Assembly: GCA_000996205.1 (NCBI GenBank)
Contig: LBYO01000004.1
Coordinates: 4,051-68,050 of the forward strand
Direction: 5' to 3'
From: Parcubacteria group bacterium GW2011_GWA1_40_21
GTDB lineage: Bacteria > Patescibacteriota > Minisyncoccia > Phycocordibacterales > GWA1-40-21
Length of the DNA stretch: 64,000 nucleotides
Below, one piece after another: positions 39,183 to 48,474 of the stretch (the stretch's first letter is position 1; each line of letters opens with the position of its first letter). The position numbers were made by a program, and so were the translations under genes. The notes under the pieces were generated by a model, which worked only from the letters and a program-made list of their open reading frames with translations, made no database searches and was not told the origin of the DNA.

Positions 39183-40769
39183 ATGGAATCCAGCGATAAC
39201 TTTCTAAGACCTTACAAAACAAAGAATAAAAGAAATAATTACTTTCCAATGACACAAACAACCCAACTCTACCAGCCGGAAAAATATAAAGTTTATTTAG
39301 GAAAAGGCCAGTCAATCGGCTTCTGCACCGTTTGGAATGAACCTGAATCCGTTTTTAATAAGTCAAAAATAATAAGGGATAATTCGGTGATGCTCGGCAC
39401 TCTTTACAGCCGACAAGGCGTCAGTATTATTTTGCGGAACCTCGCGCTAAATCCCAAAATCAGAACCGTCTACCTCTGGGGGAACGGGACGCTTTCAAAT
39501 TCCAAGTTCGGAATTGCCGGAAGATCAACCTTGACGAACCTCTGGCAAAAAGGACTTTCAGACGACGGCACTATCGACGGAACTCAGTTTAAAATTGAAA
39601 AAGAAATTGACGCCAAAACAGTCAAGAAAATAATAAATAATGTTAAGCTCGCGGATGTGAGCGACAAATCCATTGAAGATGTTGAAAAACTATTAATTTC
39701 ATCGGGCGAGAAAGCCGGTCCTTATATGAAGCCTGTGGAATTTCCAGAAACAGAGCGCGAGCAGATAGACATTTTCCCCTCCGAAGAAATCGGCTGGCTT
39801 ATGAGAGGCAAGACGATCACCGAAGCGTGGCTCAAATTGGTTGAACGCATAATGAGATACGGAACGGTCAAAGGCACGCAGTACGGCTATCAGCAAAGAG
39901 AGCTTGTAGGCGCGACATGGGTCTCAAGCGAACCTGATCCCGAAAATCCGGACTTTTCTCTGGCGGGAAATTGGCCTCACAGCCTCAAGGAGCTTGCGGG
40001 GGCGACGCCGGAATCAATCAAAGAATATTTCAACATATTTCTTTCGGCAACGATGCCGACAGGCGTCTCTTACACCTATGGCAACAGATTGATGGCTTAT
40101 CCGAATAAAAACGGAGAAAAGCCAATAGACCAGATTGAGGAAATTTTAAAAAAGAATCTAATTGACTCACCGGATTCAAGACGCGCCGTGGCGACAACGA
40201 TGCACCCGTCAACTGACAAAGATAGCAAAGAGCCTCCTTGCATAACTCAAATCCAAGCGATTCAAAGCAGAGGAAGACTCCACTTTTTGGTGACGGCCAG
40301 AAGCCACGACATATTCAAATCGGCGATTCCAAACGCTTTCGGCCTGCGCACACTTCAGAAAAAGGTGGCTCGCGAGCTCGGCTTTGAGCTTGGAGAACTT
40401 CAAATAACATCACAGTCGGCGCACATCTACGAGCAAGATTGGGACCAAGCGTTAAAACTTTCCAGATGCTTTTTCTGGGAAAGAAAACCGGAACTCATCT
40501 TTGACCCGAACAAACACGCCGATCCGCGCGGCAATATGATAATCACGGTGAAAAGCAAAGAAATAAATGTTGAATTTCAAAGTCCTTCCGGCGCCAGTCT
40601 GATGACGCTTCAGGGGGAAAGCGCCAAAGAGCTGTCGGCGCAAATCGCTCATCTTGAACTTTTGAGCCTCTTTAGCCACATTATGGATGTGGCGATGGAG
40701 CTTCAGAAAGCCGAAACGGCGATGAAAAATAAACTGCCCTACAACCAAGACCGCCCTCTTGTTTTTTAG
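39183..40769 (+). CDS. thymidylate synthase (ThyA-family) with ~210-aa N-terminal extension of unknown function
   Basis: C-terminal ~310 aa: 'WLKLVERIMRYGTVKGTQYG' (ThyA N-terminal helix), 'PPCITQIQAIQ' (catalytic Cys), 'ARSHDIFKSAIPNAFG' (RS-D-N) and 'SAHIYE'. The N-terminal 210 aa have no recognised motifs. Confidence 0.6.
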   Translation: MESSDNFLRPYKTKNKRNNYFPMTQTTQLYQPEKYKVYLGKGQSIGFCTVWNEPESVFNKSKIIRDNSVMLGTLYSRQGVSIILRNLALNPKIRTVYLWGNGTLSNSKFGIAGRSTLTNLWQKGLSDDGTIDGTQFKIEKEIDAKTVKKIINNVKLADVSDKSIEDVEKLLISSGEKAGPYMKPVEFPETEREQIDIFPSEEIGWLMRGKTITEAWLKLVERIMRYGTVKGTQYGYQQRELVGATWVSSEPDPENPDFSLAGNWPHSLKELAGATPESIKEYFNIFLSATMPTGVSYTYGNRLMAYPNKNGEKPIDQIEEILKKNLIDSPDSRRAVATTMHPSTDKDSKEPPCITQIQAIQSRGRLHFLVTARSHDIFKSAIPNAFGLRTLQKKVARELGFELGELQITSQSAHIYEQDWDQALKLSRCFFWERKPELIFDPNKHADPRGNMIITVKSKEINVEFQSPSGASLMTLQGESAKELSAQIAHLELLSLFSHIMDVAMELQKAETAMKNKLPYNQDRPLVF

Positions 40770-40870
40770 ATATTAAAAGCGGCACTTGAGAAGGTGCCAC
40801 TTTTGTTTTTTATTGGGTTAACTAGAAATCAATTCCCAAACCTACTACCTATAAACTACAACCTAGTTTT

Positions 40871-41296
40871 CTACCCCACCACATCAACCCCCATAGACCT
40901 GGCCGAACCAGCGATTATTTTCATCGCCGCTTCAATGTCATTGGCATTCAAATCGGACATCTTTTTTTTGGCAATTTCTTTGAGCTGCGCTTTTGTGATA
41001 GAGCCAGCTTTTTTCACCGCGTTCTTGCCGGAGCCTTTTTCAACACCGATAGCTTTAAGAATCAAATTGGTAGCGGGCGGTCTTTTCAAAGCAAACTCAA
41101 AAGTCCTGTCTTCGTATACAGTGATAGAAACAGGGACGACTTCTCCCATCCTGTCTTTCGTGGCCGCGTTGAACTTGCTGACAAAGTCGCCTATGTTTAC
41201 TCCAGCCTGCCCCAAAGCTGGACCTATCGGGGGCGCAGCATTAGCTTTTCCTCCATCAATCTGAAGCTTTAATTTTTTTGTTATTTTTTTTGCCAT
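40871..41296 (-). CDS. rplK: 50S ribosomal protein uL11
   Basis: '[34 protein letters not shown]' is the canonical L11 N-terminal domain. Confidence 0.9.
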   Translation of the reverse strand: MAKKITKKLKLQIDGGKANAAPPIGPALGQAGVNIGDFVSKFNAATKDRMGEVVPVSITVYEDRTFEFALKRPPATNLILKAIGVEKGSGKNAVKKAGSITKAQLKEIAKKKMSDLNANDIEAAMKIIAGSARSMGVDVVG

Positions 41297-41408
41297 ATTT
41301 TTAATTAGGTGGTAGGTGGTAGGTTGTAGGTTTATAAGAAAGAAAAAAAACAGATTCTTCCTACAACCTAATACCTACCACCTACAACCTTCCTTTAAGT
41401 GATTATAT

Positions 41409-41951
41409 TTAAATCTTTCTAACTTGCAAGAAGTCCAGCTCCACGGGCGTTTCTCTGCCGAACATAGACACGAGGACTTTCACCTTGCCCCTGTCTTCGT
41501 CAACCTCGCTCACCTTTCCTTCCAAGTCCTTGAACGGACCGTCAACTATCATTACAGGCTCATCAATTGACAAATCAATTTTATGTTTAATCGTATCTGA
41601 ACCCATCCGACTGAAAATCTCCTCAACTTCTTTTTTCTCCAAAGGCACTGGGTAAACACCGGAGCCGACAAAGCCCGTCACTCTTGGGGTATTCCTTACG
41701 ACATACCAAGAATCGTCATCAACAATCATATCCACAAGAATATATCCGGGATAAATCTTTTCTTCTTCTTCCACTCTTTTTCCTCCTTTTATTTTTATCT
41801 TTTTCTCAACCGGAACAATCACGCTGAATATTTTGTTCCCCATGGCGAGCGAATCAATTCTTTGTTTCAAGTTTCTAGCCACCGCGTTTTCATAGCCGGC
41901 GTAAGTATGTATAGCGTACCAATTTCTTCCTTCGCTTGTTTGTTTTGCCAT
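41409..41951 (-). CDS. nusG: transcription antitermination factor NusG
   Basis: 'WYAIHTYAGYENAV' (NGN) and the C-terminal KOW 'PVMIVDGPFKDLEGKVSEVD'. Confidence 0.9.
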   Translation of the reverse strand: MAKQTSEGRNWYAIHTYAGYENAVARNLKQRIDSLAMGNKIFSVIVPVEKKIKIKGGKRVEEEEKIYPGYILVDMIVDDDSWYVVRNTPRVTGFVGSGVYPVPLEKKEVEEIFSRMGSDTIKHKIDLSIDEPVMIVDGPFKDLEGKVSEVDEDRGKVKVLVSMFGRETPVELDFLQVRKI

Positions 41952-42062
41952 TTTTTTATTAGGTTGTAGGTGTTAGGTTGTAGGTTGTAGGTTCCAGATT
42001 TAAGAGATTAATTTTCTTATCTTAAACCTAATACCTACAAACTAAAACCTTCTTCTGATTGA

Positions 42063-42239
42063 TTATATAATCTGCTTAAGGGCGAGAGAAAAAAGAAAAT
42101 CAAAAAAGCCCAAAAACAAAGAAACCCCTATTGAAACAGCGATAACAACTATGGTAAAAACAATCGCTTGTTTTCGCGTCGGCCAATTCACGTGCTTCAA
42201 TTCCGTCTTTGTTTCTTTTATATAATCTACGACTTTCAT
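42063..42239 (-). CDS. secE: preprotein translocase subunit SecE (small ORF, not in the track)
   Basis: Manual translation gives MKVVDYIKETKTELKHVNWPTRKQAIVFTIVVIAVSIGVSLFLGFFDFLFSLALKQII (58 aa). It has the SecE '…V.WPTRKE' motif plus a single TM, and sits immediately upstream of nusG. Confidence 0.6.
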   Translation of the reverse strand: MKVVDYIKETKTELKHVNWPTRKQAIVFTIVVIAVSIGVSLFLGFFDFLFSLALKQII

Positions 42240-42410
42240 ATCTCTTATAATTAAATCTCCCTTATTAAAAACCGCCCCTTGGGGCTACCTGCATAGTAGC
42301 TCATTTGTGTGGGAAAAGTCAACCGGAATTAGGTTGTAGGTGGTAGATAGTAGGTTTTAGGAAAGATAAATATTATCTTAAGTTTCTGACTGAAACCTAC
42401 AATCCGAAGC

Positions 42411-43265
42411 CTATAATTGATTCCCCTGCTTATCAAAGCGATATTCCTTGCTGCGGCGATATTCATTGGGGTCAGACCCTAATACAGTAATAATATCATT
42501 GTCTGATATGTTTAAACCATATAATTCACCACTGATGACTTCTTCTTTCCTCCAAAGTTCATTTCCATTTTCGTCTAATACAAACAAATTATCAATCTCT
42601 TTTTGCTCGTCGCCATCCTTTTTTATTATTCCAAGCACAACCGCAAAAAAATTTCCATTCTTTGAAAAGGCTGATATCCATCCCCTCCAATCCTCTTTTG
42701 TTGTGAAGTTAATTCCTCCTTTTTTATTTTTGGGTGTGAAATCAATTACCCTTTTTTCATTAAAAATTGAGATTGAGCCCTGAGAAGAACTTTTTGCAAG
42801 AAAATATTTTCCATTTGGAGAAAGACTATCAAAATAATAAAAAGGGTGTTCCTTTTTCCATAGATCTTCCCCTTTCCAATTTAGCACAGTAATTTCAGCT
42901 ATTTTATCCTGTTGATATCCATCAACAATCTCATATTCAACATTGTCTAGTGCTATGTATTTGTTATTTTCAGAAAAGTAAGCTTTTGAATAACTTTTTC
43001 CAGGAACAGTTTTTAAAATAGGCAATGTTTTTATTTCATTTCCATTTTCATCAAGAAAAATAATTATTTCTTTTTCTATGCGAAAATTCTGATTTTTAGA
43101 TTCGTATTCGTCTTTGGAAAATTGTTGGGTTCCTGATATTTGGATTTTATCTTTTTTCTGAGCGTAATTTAAATATCCGAAATATCCGCCAATACAAAAC
43201 AAGCTAATAATAATAAAAACAAACTTAATTGACCCACTATCGTGGCAAATATTTTTATATCTCAT
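42411..43265 (-). CDS. hypothetical membrane-anchored protein with beta-propeller-like repeats
   Basis: 284 aa, N-terminal TM, with repeated 'ENGNE…W' / 'NGKYF' beta-strand motifs. Confidence 0.4.
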   Translation of the reverse strand: MRYKNICHDSGSIKFVFIIISLFCIGGYFGYLNYAQKKDKIQISGTQQFSKDEYESKNQNFRIEKEIIIFLDENGNEIKTLPILKTVPGKSYSKAYFSENNKYIALDNVEYEIVDGYQQDKIAEITVLNWKGEDLWKKEHPFYYFDSLSPNGKYFLAKSSSQGSISIFNEKRVIDFTPKNKKGGINFTTKEDWRGWISAFSKNGNFFAVVLGIIKKDGDEQKEIDNLFVLDENGNELWRKEEVISGELYGLNISDNDIITVLGSDPNEYRRSKEYRFDKQGNQL

Positions 43266-43298
43266 AAAAGTTTTTTGTTATCTGTTAATGTAAATTGA

Positions 43299-44120
43299 TT
43301 ATCTTATCTCATAAACAATATTCACTTGAGAAGTAATTTTGTTTTCGCCTGTCGGAATTTCAGGAGCAAGAGTCGCCCCGCCTACCGCCATCACATCTGT
43401 GCTAAATTTCTCCCTGTAAATCGGGAAATATCCCGACTCGGAGAAGTTTATTATTCTCACAAGCTTCACCCCCAAACTTCTCGCCAGAATTTTGCCACTT
43501 TCTCTTGCGTCTTCAATGGCAAGGTCTCTGGCTTCTTTTCTCAATTTATCTTCTTCGTCAATGGAGAAATTCAGCCCGCTCACATTGCTCGCGCCCAAAT
43601 TGCCGACGCCGGACAAGATAGTCCCGGCAGAATCAATCTTTCTTACCTTCACCTCAATACCTTGATTGACTTCATATCCGATTAAAACTCTGTTATCCCT
43701 GATTGGCGGAATGATTTGAGATTTTTCAGGCAATTTTATGTAGTTGTAGCGAGGATAAATATTATAATTTGTTGTTTTTATGTCTTTTTCTTCTATTCCT
43801 TTATTTTTCAAAAATTGAATTATGTCATTTATCTTTTTTGCCGCCCTGCTTTGAGCATCGGAAACATTAGGCGATTCTTCCAACACATTGAAAGTAAAAG
43901 TAGCAATGTCCGCTTTAGCAACTATTTCTCCTTTGCCGGAAACAGAAATGGTATTCGGAGAAGACACATCTCTGCCGATATAATCATAAGCCTTTATGTC
44001 TTTCGCGATTCTAACCGCAAAAAATAAAATTAAAAACAAACCCAAAGCGCTGATAATAAGTTTCATCGGTTTATGCCCGCAGAAATGACAGCATTTAAAA
44101 TCATTGTTGTTTCCTTTCAT
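43299..44120 (-). CDS. SIMPL-domain (DUF541) protein
   Basis: 'ISVSGKGEIVAKADIATFTFNV…' and the C-terminal 'ITSQVNIVYEI' fit the SIMPL / 26-kDa periplasmic immunogenic protein family. The likely start is MKLIISALG. Confidence 0.6.
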   Translation of the reverse strand: MKGNNNDFKCCHFCGHKPMKLIISALGLFLILFFAVRIAKDIKAYDYIGRDVSSPNTISVSGKGEIVAKADIATFTFNVLEESPNVSDAQSRAAKKINDIIQFLKNKGIEEKDIKTTNYNIYPRYNYIKLPEKSQIIPPIRDNRVLIGYEVNQGIEVKVRKIDSAGTILSGVGNLGASNVSGLNFSIDEEDKLRKEARDLAIEDARESGKILARSLGVKLVRIINFSESGYFPIYREKFSTDVMAVGGATLAPEIPTGENKITSQVNIVYEIR

Positions 44121-44475
44121 AAAAATTTAAATCGAGATTATTGATAATTTGATTGTGAATAAGTTTAACAAAAATAAATAATAACCGCCACCTAAAATCA
44201 CCTAAAATCGCGTATAAACTAGAGTTATTAAAGTTATAAAGTCCATCAAGTTCATCGAGTTATAAAGTTTGTAAAGCAAGAAATTTCAAATTTATAAATT
44301 TATAATTTTGAATGAATTTTGAATGACTTAATTTTAAATTTAAAATTAATTCTATCTTCACTTTACAAACTTTATGGACTTTATAAACTTGATAACTCAT
44401 ATATATTGAATACTGACAAAATATAATTGCACCTATTATATGTGATCGCGCCGAATTTCTGATGAAAACATTGGT

Positions 44476-46182
44476 TCAACGAAGATATTCCGGAGCATTG
44501 ATGCTCATCCAGTCAATAAGCTCCCTCATCACATAAACTCCTCCGATCAAATTTACACTAGAACCTCGCTCCATAAGCACCGCGAAGGCGTATTTGGGAT
44601 TTTCGTACGGGAAGAAACCGATGACCCACGAATTTACGAATTTTTTGAAAGAGCCGAGCTGCGCCGTTCCCGTTTTTGCGGCAATTTCCACTTGAGGAAT
44701 GTTCAGACCGGTCGCGGTGCCGTAAAGGACGGCTCCTCTCATTCCCTCTCTCACGACTTGAAAATCATCTTCGCTCATATTGATAATTTTAGCGGCAGGA
44801 TTGGACGGATTGGAGATTATTGACGGATTTAAAAGCTCCCCGCCGTTCGCTATCATTGAAACCGCGCGAACCGCTTGCATCGGCGTTATCTGAAAACCGT
44901 ATTGTCCTATTGAAGTATTGTAAGTGTCTCCTATTCTCCACTGTGAATCTCCGAAATTTTCTTTTTTCCATTCCGGATTGGGGACAATTCCTGACTTGCC
45001 GGAGAAAAATCCCGCCGGAAAATCACTGCCGAAACCGAACATTCTCATATACTTTTCAATGTTGTAAATTCCGAGTCCTTTTTGATTCTCATAACCCCCG
45101 CCCACTTCGTAAAAATAAACATTTGACGATTCCGCTAAAGCTTTCCTCATATCAACATAGCCGTGAGCTCTCATTTCCGTAAAGACCGAGGGCTTCGCCG
45201 GATCGTAAATGTTCGGCACGGTGATTGACCCGCCGCTAAATATGGTATCCGAAGGCGAGATGATTTTTTCCGTGAGCGCGCCGAGCGCGACAAAAGGCTT
45301 CACGATGGAGCCGGGGGTATAAAGACCGTCAATCACCCTGTTCAAAAAAGGCTTGTTCTTATTTTCCAAATAAGCCCGTATCGCTCCGCCGTCCCTTCCG
45401 TCCGACATAATCTGGGAACTGTATTCCGGGTAATTGGCCATAGCCAGAATTTCTCCGCTTCGCGCATCCATAATCGCTCCGGCACCGCCGGAAAATCCGG
45501 CTCTTTGCGCCAAACCGGCTATTGATTCGTAAAATTTATTCTGCACCGCCGCATCAATTGACAAAGTGAGGTTGCCGCCTTCTTTCGGCAGACGGATCAC
45601 GCTCTCCGATTGGACTTTCCCTAGAGCGTTTGTTTCCGTTATCTTCAAGCCGTTCTCGCCTGAAAGTTCGCCGTTAAAAAAATTCTCAACGCCTGTTTTG
45701 CCTATATAATCTTCGTTGTAATAAAATCCCGACGAATCTTTCGCCGGATATTTGACATATCCCAAAATATGAGAGAAGCCTGACAGGGTTGTATACTTTC
45801 TTAAAGCGAATTCTTTGTCTTCTCCGAAAATGTTCCACGCGAGCTCTTTGCCGTTTCTGTCATAAATGACTCCGCGCGGAGCGAATACGGTAATATGGCG
45901 CAAACGATTATTCTCGCTCCTATTTGAATATTTTTCTCCTTCTGCGATCTGAAGATTTCCGACTTTGACGACAAGCGCCACGAACGCCAAACCGAAAAAG
46001 ACAGTCAAAAGAGCGATGTTGCGCTTGGAAATCGGGCTGACAAGCCTGCCTTCAAACTGATGGGTGTCAAATTTCGGCAGATTGCTTGAATCAAGAAAAA
46101 TTTCATCGGGCTCTATCTCGCTTCTCCTGTCCGCGAGACGTCCGTATCCGTTGAATATCTTTTTTATTTTCCTATTTAACAT
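44476..46182 (-). CDS. mrdA: penicillin-binding protein 2 (peptidoglycan D,D-transpeptidase)
   Basis: 'SIVKPF' (SxxK), 'SSNVYF' (SxN) and 'KTGTAQ' (KTG), with an N-terminal TM. Sits downstream of mreBCD. Confidence 0.85.
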   Translation of the reverse strand: MLNRKIKKIFNGYGRLADRRSEIEPDEIFLDSSNLPKFDTHQFEGRLVSPISKRNIALLTVFFGLAFVALVVKVGNLQIAEGEKYSNRSENNRLRHITVFAPRGVIYDRNGKELAWNIFGEDKEFALRKYTTLSGFSHILGYVKYPAKDSSGFYYNEDYIGKTGVENFFNGELSGENGLKITETNALGKVQSESVIRLPKEGGNLTLSIDAAVQNKFYESIAGLAQRAGFSGGAGAIMDARSGEILAMANYPEYSSQIMSDGRDGGAIRAYLENKNKPFLNRVIDGLYTPGSIVKPFVALGALTEKIISPSDTIFSGGSITVPNIYDPAKPSVFTEMRAHGYVDMRKALAESSNVYFYEVGGGYENQKGLGIYNIEKYMRMFGFGSDFPAGFFSGKSGIVPNPEWKKENFGDSQWRIGDTYNTSIGQYGFQITPMQAVRAVSMIANGGELLNPSIISNPSNPAAKIINMSEDDFQVVREGMRGAVLYGTATGLNIPQVEIAAKTGTAQLGSFKKFVNSWVIGFFPYENPKYAFAVLMERGSSVNLIGGVYVMRELIDWMSINAPEYLR

Positions 46183-46185
46183 AAA

Positions 46186-46455
46186 TCATCTGTTTGAATA
46201 AAACTTAAGCCTCTTTTTAATAAAAAAAGATGAGATGAACAGAGACGCGGAAATGAAAGTCATCAAATGAGAAAAATCATACAGATTGGCAATCGGTCTG
46301 CCGTAAAGCGAGTCAATAATAGGTCCAACGAATATTATCTCGTAAAAAGATTCATAATGATAAAGCAAAAATAAAGCCATAACCATGGGAAAAATCGGGG
46401 GCAGTAATAACACCGCCAAAAAAAGCGCCACATCAATAAAAATTCTTATGGGCAT
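46186..46455 (-). CDS. mreD: rod shape-determining protein MreD-like
   Basis: 89-aa polytopic membrane protein between mreC and mrdA. Confidence 0.5.
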   Translation of the reverse strand: MPIRIFIDVALFLAVLLLPPIFPMVMALFLLYHYESFYEIIFVGPIIDSLYGRPIANLYDFSHLMTFISASLFISSFFIKKRLKFYSNR

Positions 46456-46564
46456 TTTTGATTAGCTGATTAGCTTGTAGCTTCTTAGCTTTTTAGTATC
46501 AGAATCTTCCTAATAAGCTACAAGCTAAAAAGCTACTTATCTAATTTTTTATGGACTTTACGAC

Positions 46565-47365
46565 TTATATCTCCACCAAAACCCATTTCAATTCGGATAA
46601 ATTTGCCGGAATTTTAAAAATAATCTTCTGAAATGAATCAGCCGGATTTAATTCAATTTTCCGGACAAAACCGAAAACCGAAGTTGATATGCTCGGAACG
46701 AGAGCCGCATCTCCCTCCTTCACTTCAACATCTCGTGGCAATTTGGCGGCAAAATTTCCTCCGCCAAGCCCTTCCGCTTCCACTTGCACCGACCTCTCGC
46801 CGACGAGAGCGAGAAATTTTTCTCCAGGACTTGAGTGCATTTTTACCTTGGAAGATCGCTCATACGCTTCCTCAACTTCCCCGATGGCAACCGCTCCCTC
46901 ATAAAAAACCCTGTCTCCCGCCTTGACCCCTTTATCCTTGCCGACATCAATTATAATAACATCAAAAGGCGACACGCTAGGCTTCACCAAAACGGCGGAC
47001 AATACAAGATTCTTTTCCCCTTCGCTTCTCCCGAACAAAGCTTTTAGATTTTCATTTTCTTTCCGGATAAGTTGCAACAATGGCAAGTCTGTTTTGATTT
47101 TATCCAAATCCAAATTTAGCCGCCTGTTTTCCAAAATAAGCGACCTTTTTGAACCGATTATAGAGAAAGCGTTGGAAAATTTCAGGGCGGCATAGTTGTC
47201 AAACTTCCAAAAGGGCAGAGCGATTTTGTTAAGAAATCCTCTGGACGCGCCCGTAAGAGAGATAAAGAAAACCGTGGCGAATATGAATATAACCGCGATA
47301 ATTTTAAGCCGCCGATTCTTATTTCTGGGTTTTGAATTATTTCTTAGGGGGTAATTCATCTTCAT
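46565..47365 (-). CDS. mreC: rod shape-determining protein MreC
   Basis: N-terminal TM, a coiled-coil segment and a C-terminal beta-barrel region 'GDRVFYEGAVAIGEV'. Confidence 0.75.
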   Translation of the reverse strand: MKMNYPLRNNSKPRNKNRRLKIIAVIFIFATVFFISLTGASRGFLNKIALPFWKFDNYAALKFSNAFSIIGSKRSLILENRRLNLDLDKIKTDLPLLQLIRKENENLKALFGRSEGEKNLVLSAVLVKPSVSPFDVIIIDVGKDKGVKAGDRVFYEGAVAIGEVEEAYERSSKVKMHSSPGEKFLALVGERSVQVEAEGLGGGNFAAKLPRDVEVKEGDAALVPSISTSVFGFVRKIELNPADSFQKIIFKIPANLSELKWVLVEI

Positions 47366-48362
47366 TTTGTATCAATACCTCCTCAAATTCTTCCAAATTT
47401 TCCAAGATTATTCCGGTGCCTCTGGCAATGGCCGTAAGAGGGTCGTCGGCTATGAATACAGGAATCTTGAACCATTTTCGCAGAAGCTCATCCAGCCCTC
47501 TGATCATCGCCCCGCCTCCGACCAGATGAATTCCCCTCTGCATCACATCGGAAATAACCTCGGGGGGAGTCGTCTCCAAAACCTCCTTTACCGCTTCAAC
47601 AAGATTGTCAATTGACTGGGCAATAGCCTCTCTCACATCCGCATCGGTGATGATGACTTCGCGCGGCAGTCCCGTTATGAGATCCCTGCCTTTTATTGAA
47701 ACCTCGGACGGCTCCATCGGCACGACGGAGCCCAGCGCTATTTTTAAAGTTTCAGCGGTTTTTTCTCCGATTAAAATTTTAAATTCGCTTCTTATGTATG
47801 AAATTATGTCGCTGTTGAGCTTATCTCCGGCGATCTTCAAATTTTTGGAACGAACGATGCCTCCCAAAGATATTACGGCAATGTCGGTCGTTCCTCCCCC
47901 GATGTCAATAATCATATTCCCGACCGGCTCTTTGACCGGCAGTCTTATGCCGATGGCTCCGGCCATCGGCTCTTCAACTATAAAAACTTCTCTGGCGCCG
48001 GCATTCCTCGTGGCGTCGCGCACCGCTCTGATCTCAACATTGGTGATGCCTGAAGGTACGCCGACGACAACTCTCGGTCCGAGCATTTTTTTGGAATGCT
48101 CTTCGGCTTTTTTTATGAGATAAGTTAACATCTCTTCCGTCACTTCAAAATCCGAAATGACTCCGTCCACAAGCGGCCGCACCGCCACGATATGAGGCGG
48201 CGTCCGTCCGAGCATCTCTTTCGCGTGGGAGCCGACGGCGACCACCCTGCCTGTTTTCTGATTGATGGCGACCACCGACGGCTCGTTGACCACGATTCCT
48301 TTGCCCCCCAGATAGACAAGAGTGTTCGCCGTTCCCAAGTCAATGCCTATTTCATTGGACAT
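47337..48362 (-). CDS. mreB: rod shape-determining protein MreB
   Basis: 'IGIDLGTANTLVY' and 'MIIDIGGGTTDIAV' are actin-fold phosphate motifs. The longest ORF extends to 48398. Confidence 0.9.
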   Translation of the reverse strand: MSNEIGIDLGTANTLVYLGGKGIVVNEPSVVAINQKTGRVVAVGSHAKEMLGRTPPHIVAVRPLVDGVISDFEVTEEMLTYLIKKAEEHSKKMLGPRVVVGVPSGITNVEIRAVRDATRNAGAREVFIVEEPMAGAIGIRLPVKEPVGNMIIDIGGGTTDIAVISLGGIVRSKNLKIAGDKLNSDIISYIRSEFKILIGEKTAETLKIALGSVVPMEPSEVSIKGRDLITGLPREVIITDADVREAIAQSIDNLVEAVKEVLETTPPEVISDVMQRGIHLVGGGAMIRGLDELLRKWFKIPVFIADDPLTAIARGTGIILENLEEFEEVLIQNEDELPPKK

Positions 48363-48474
48363 CATCTTGTATATTTTATTGAATAGCTTTTTTTTCATTT
48401 TTTAAAATATAAATTAAAAACATTTGGCTATTTTGCCAAAATTTCCCTTTGTCTCTGTCGCCGTTGAATTATCT

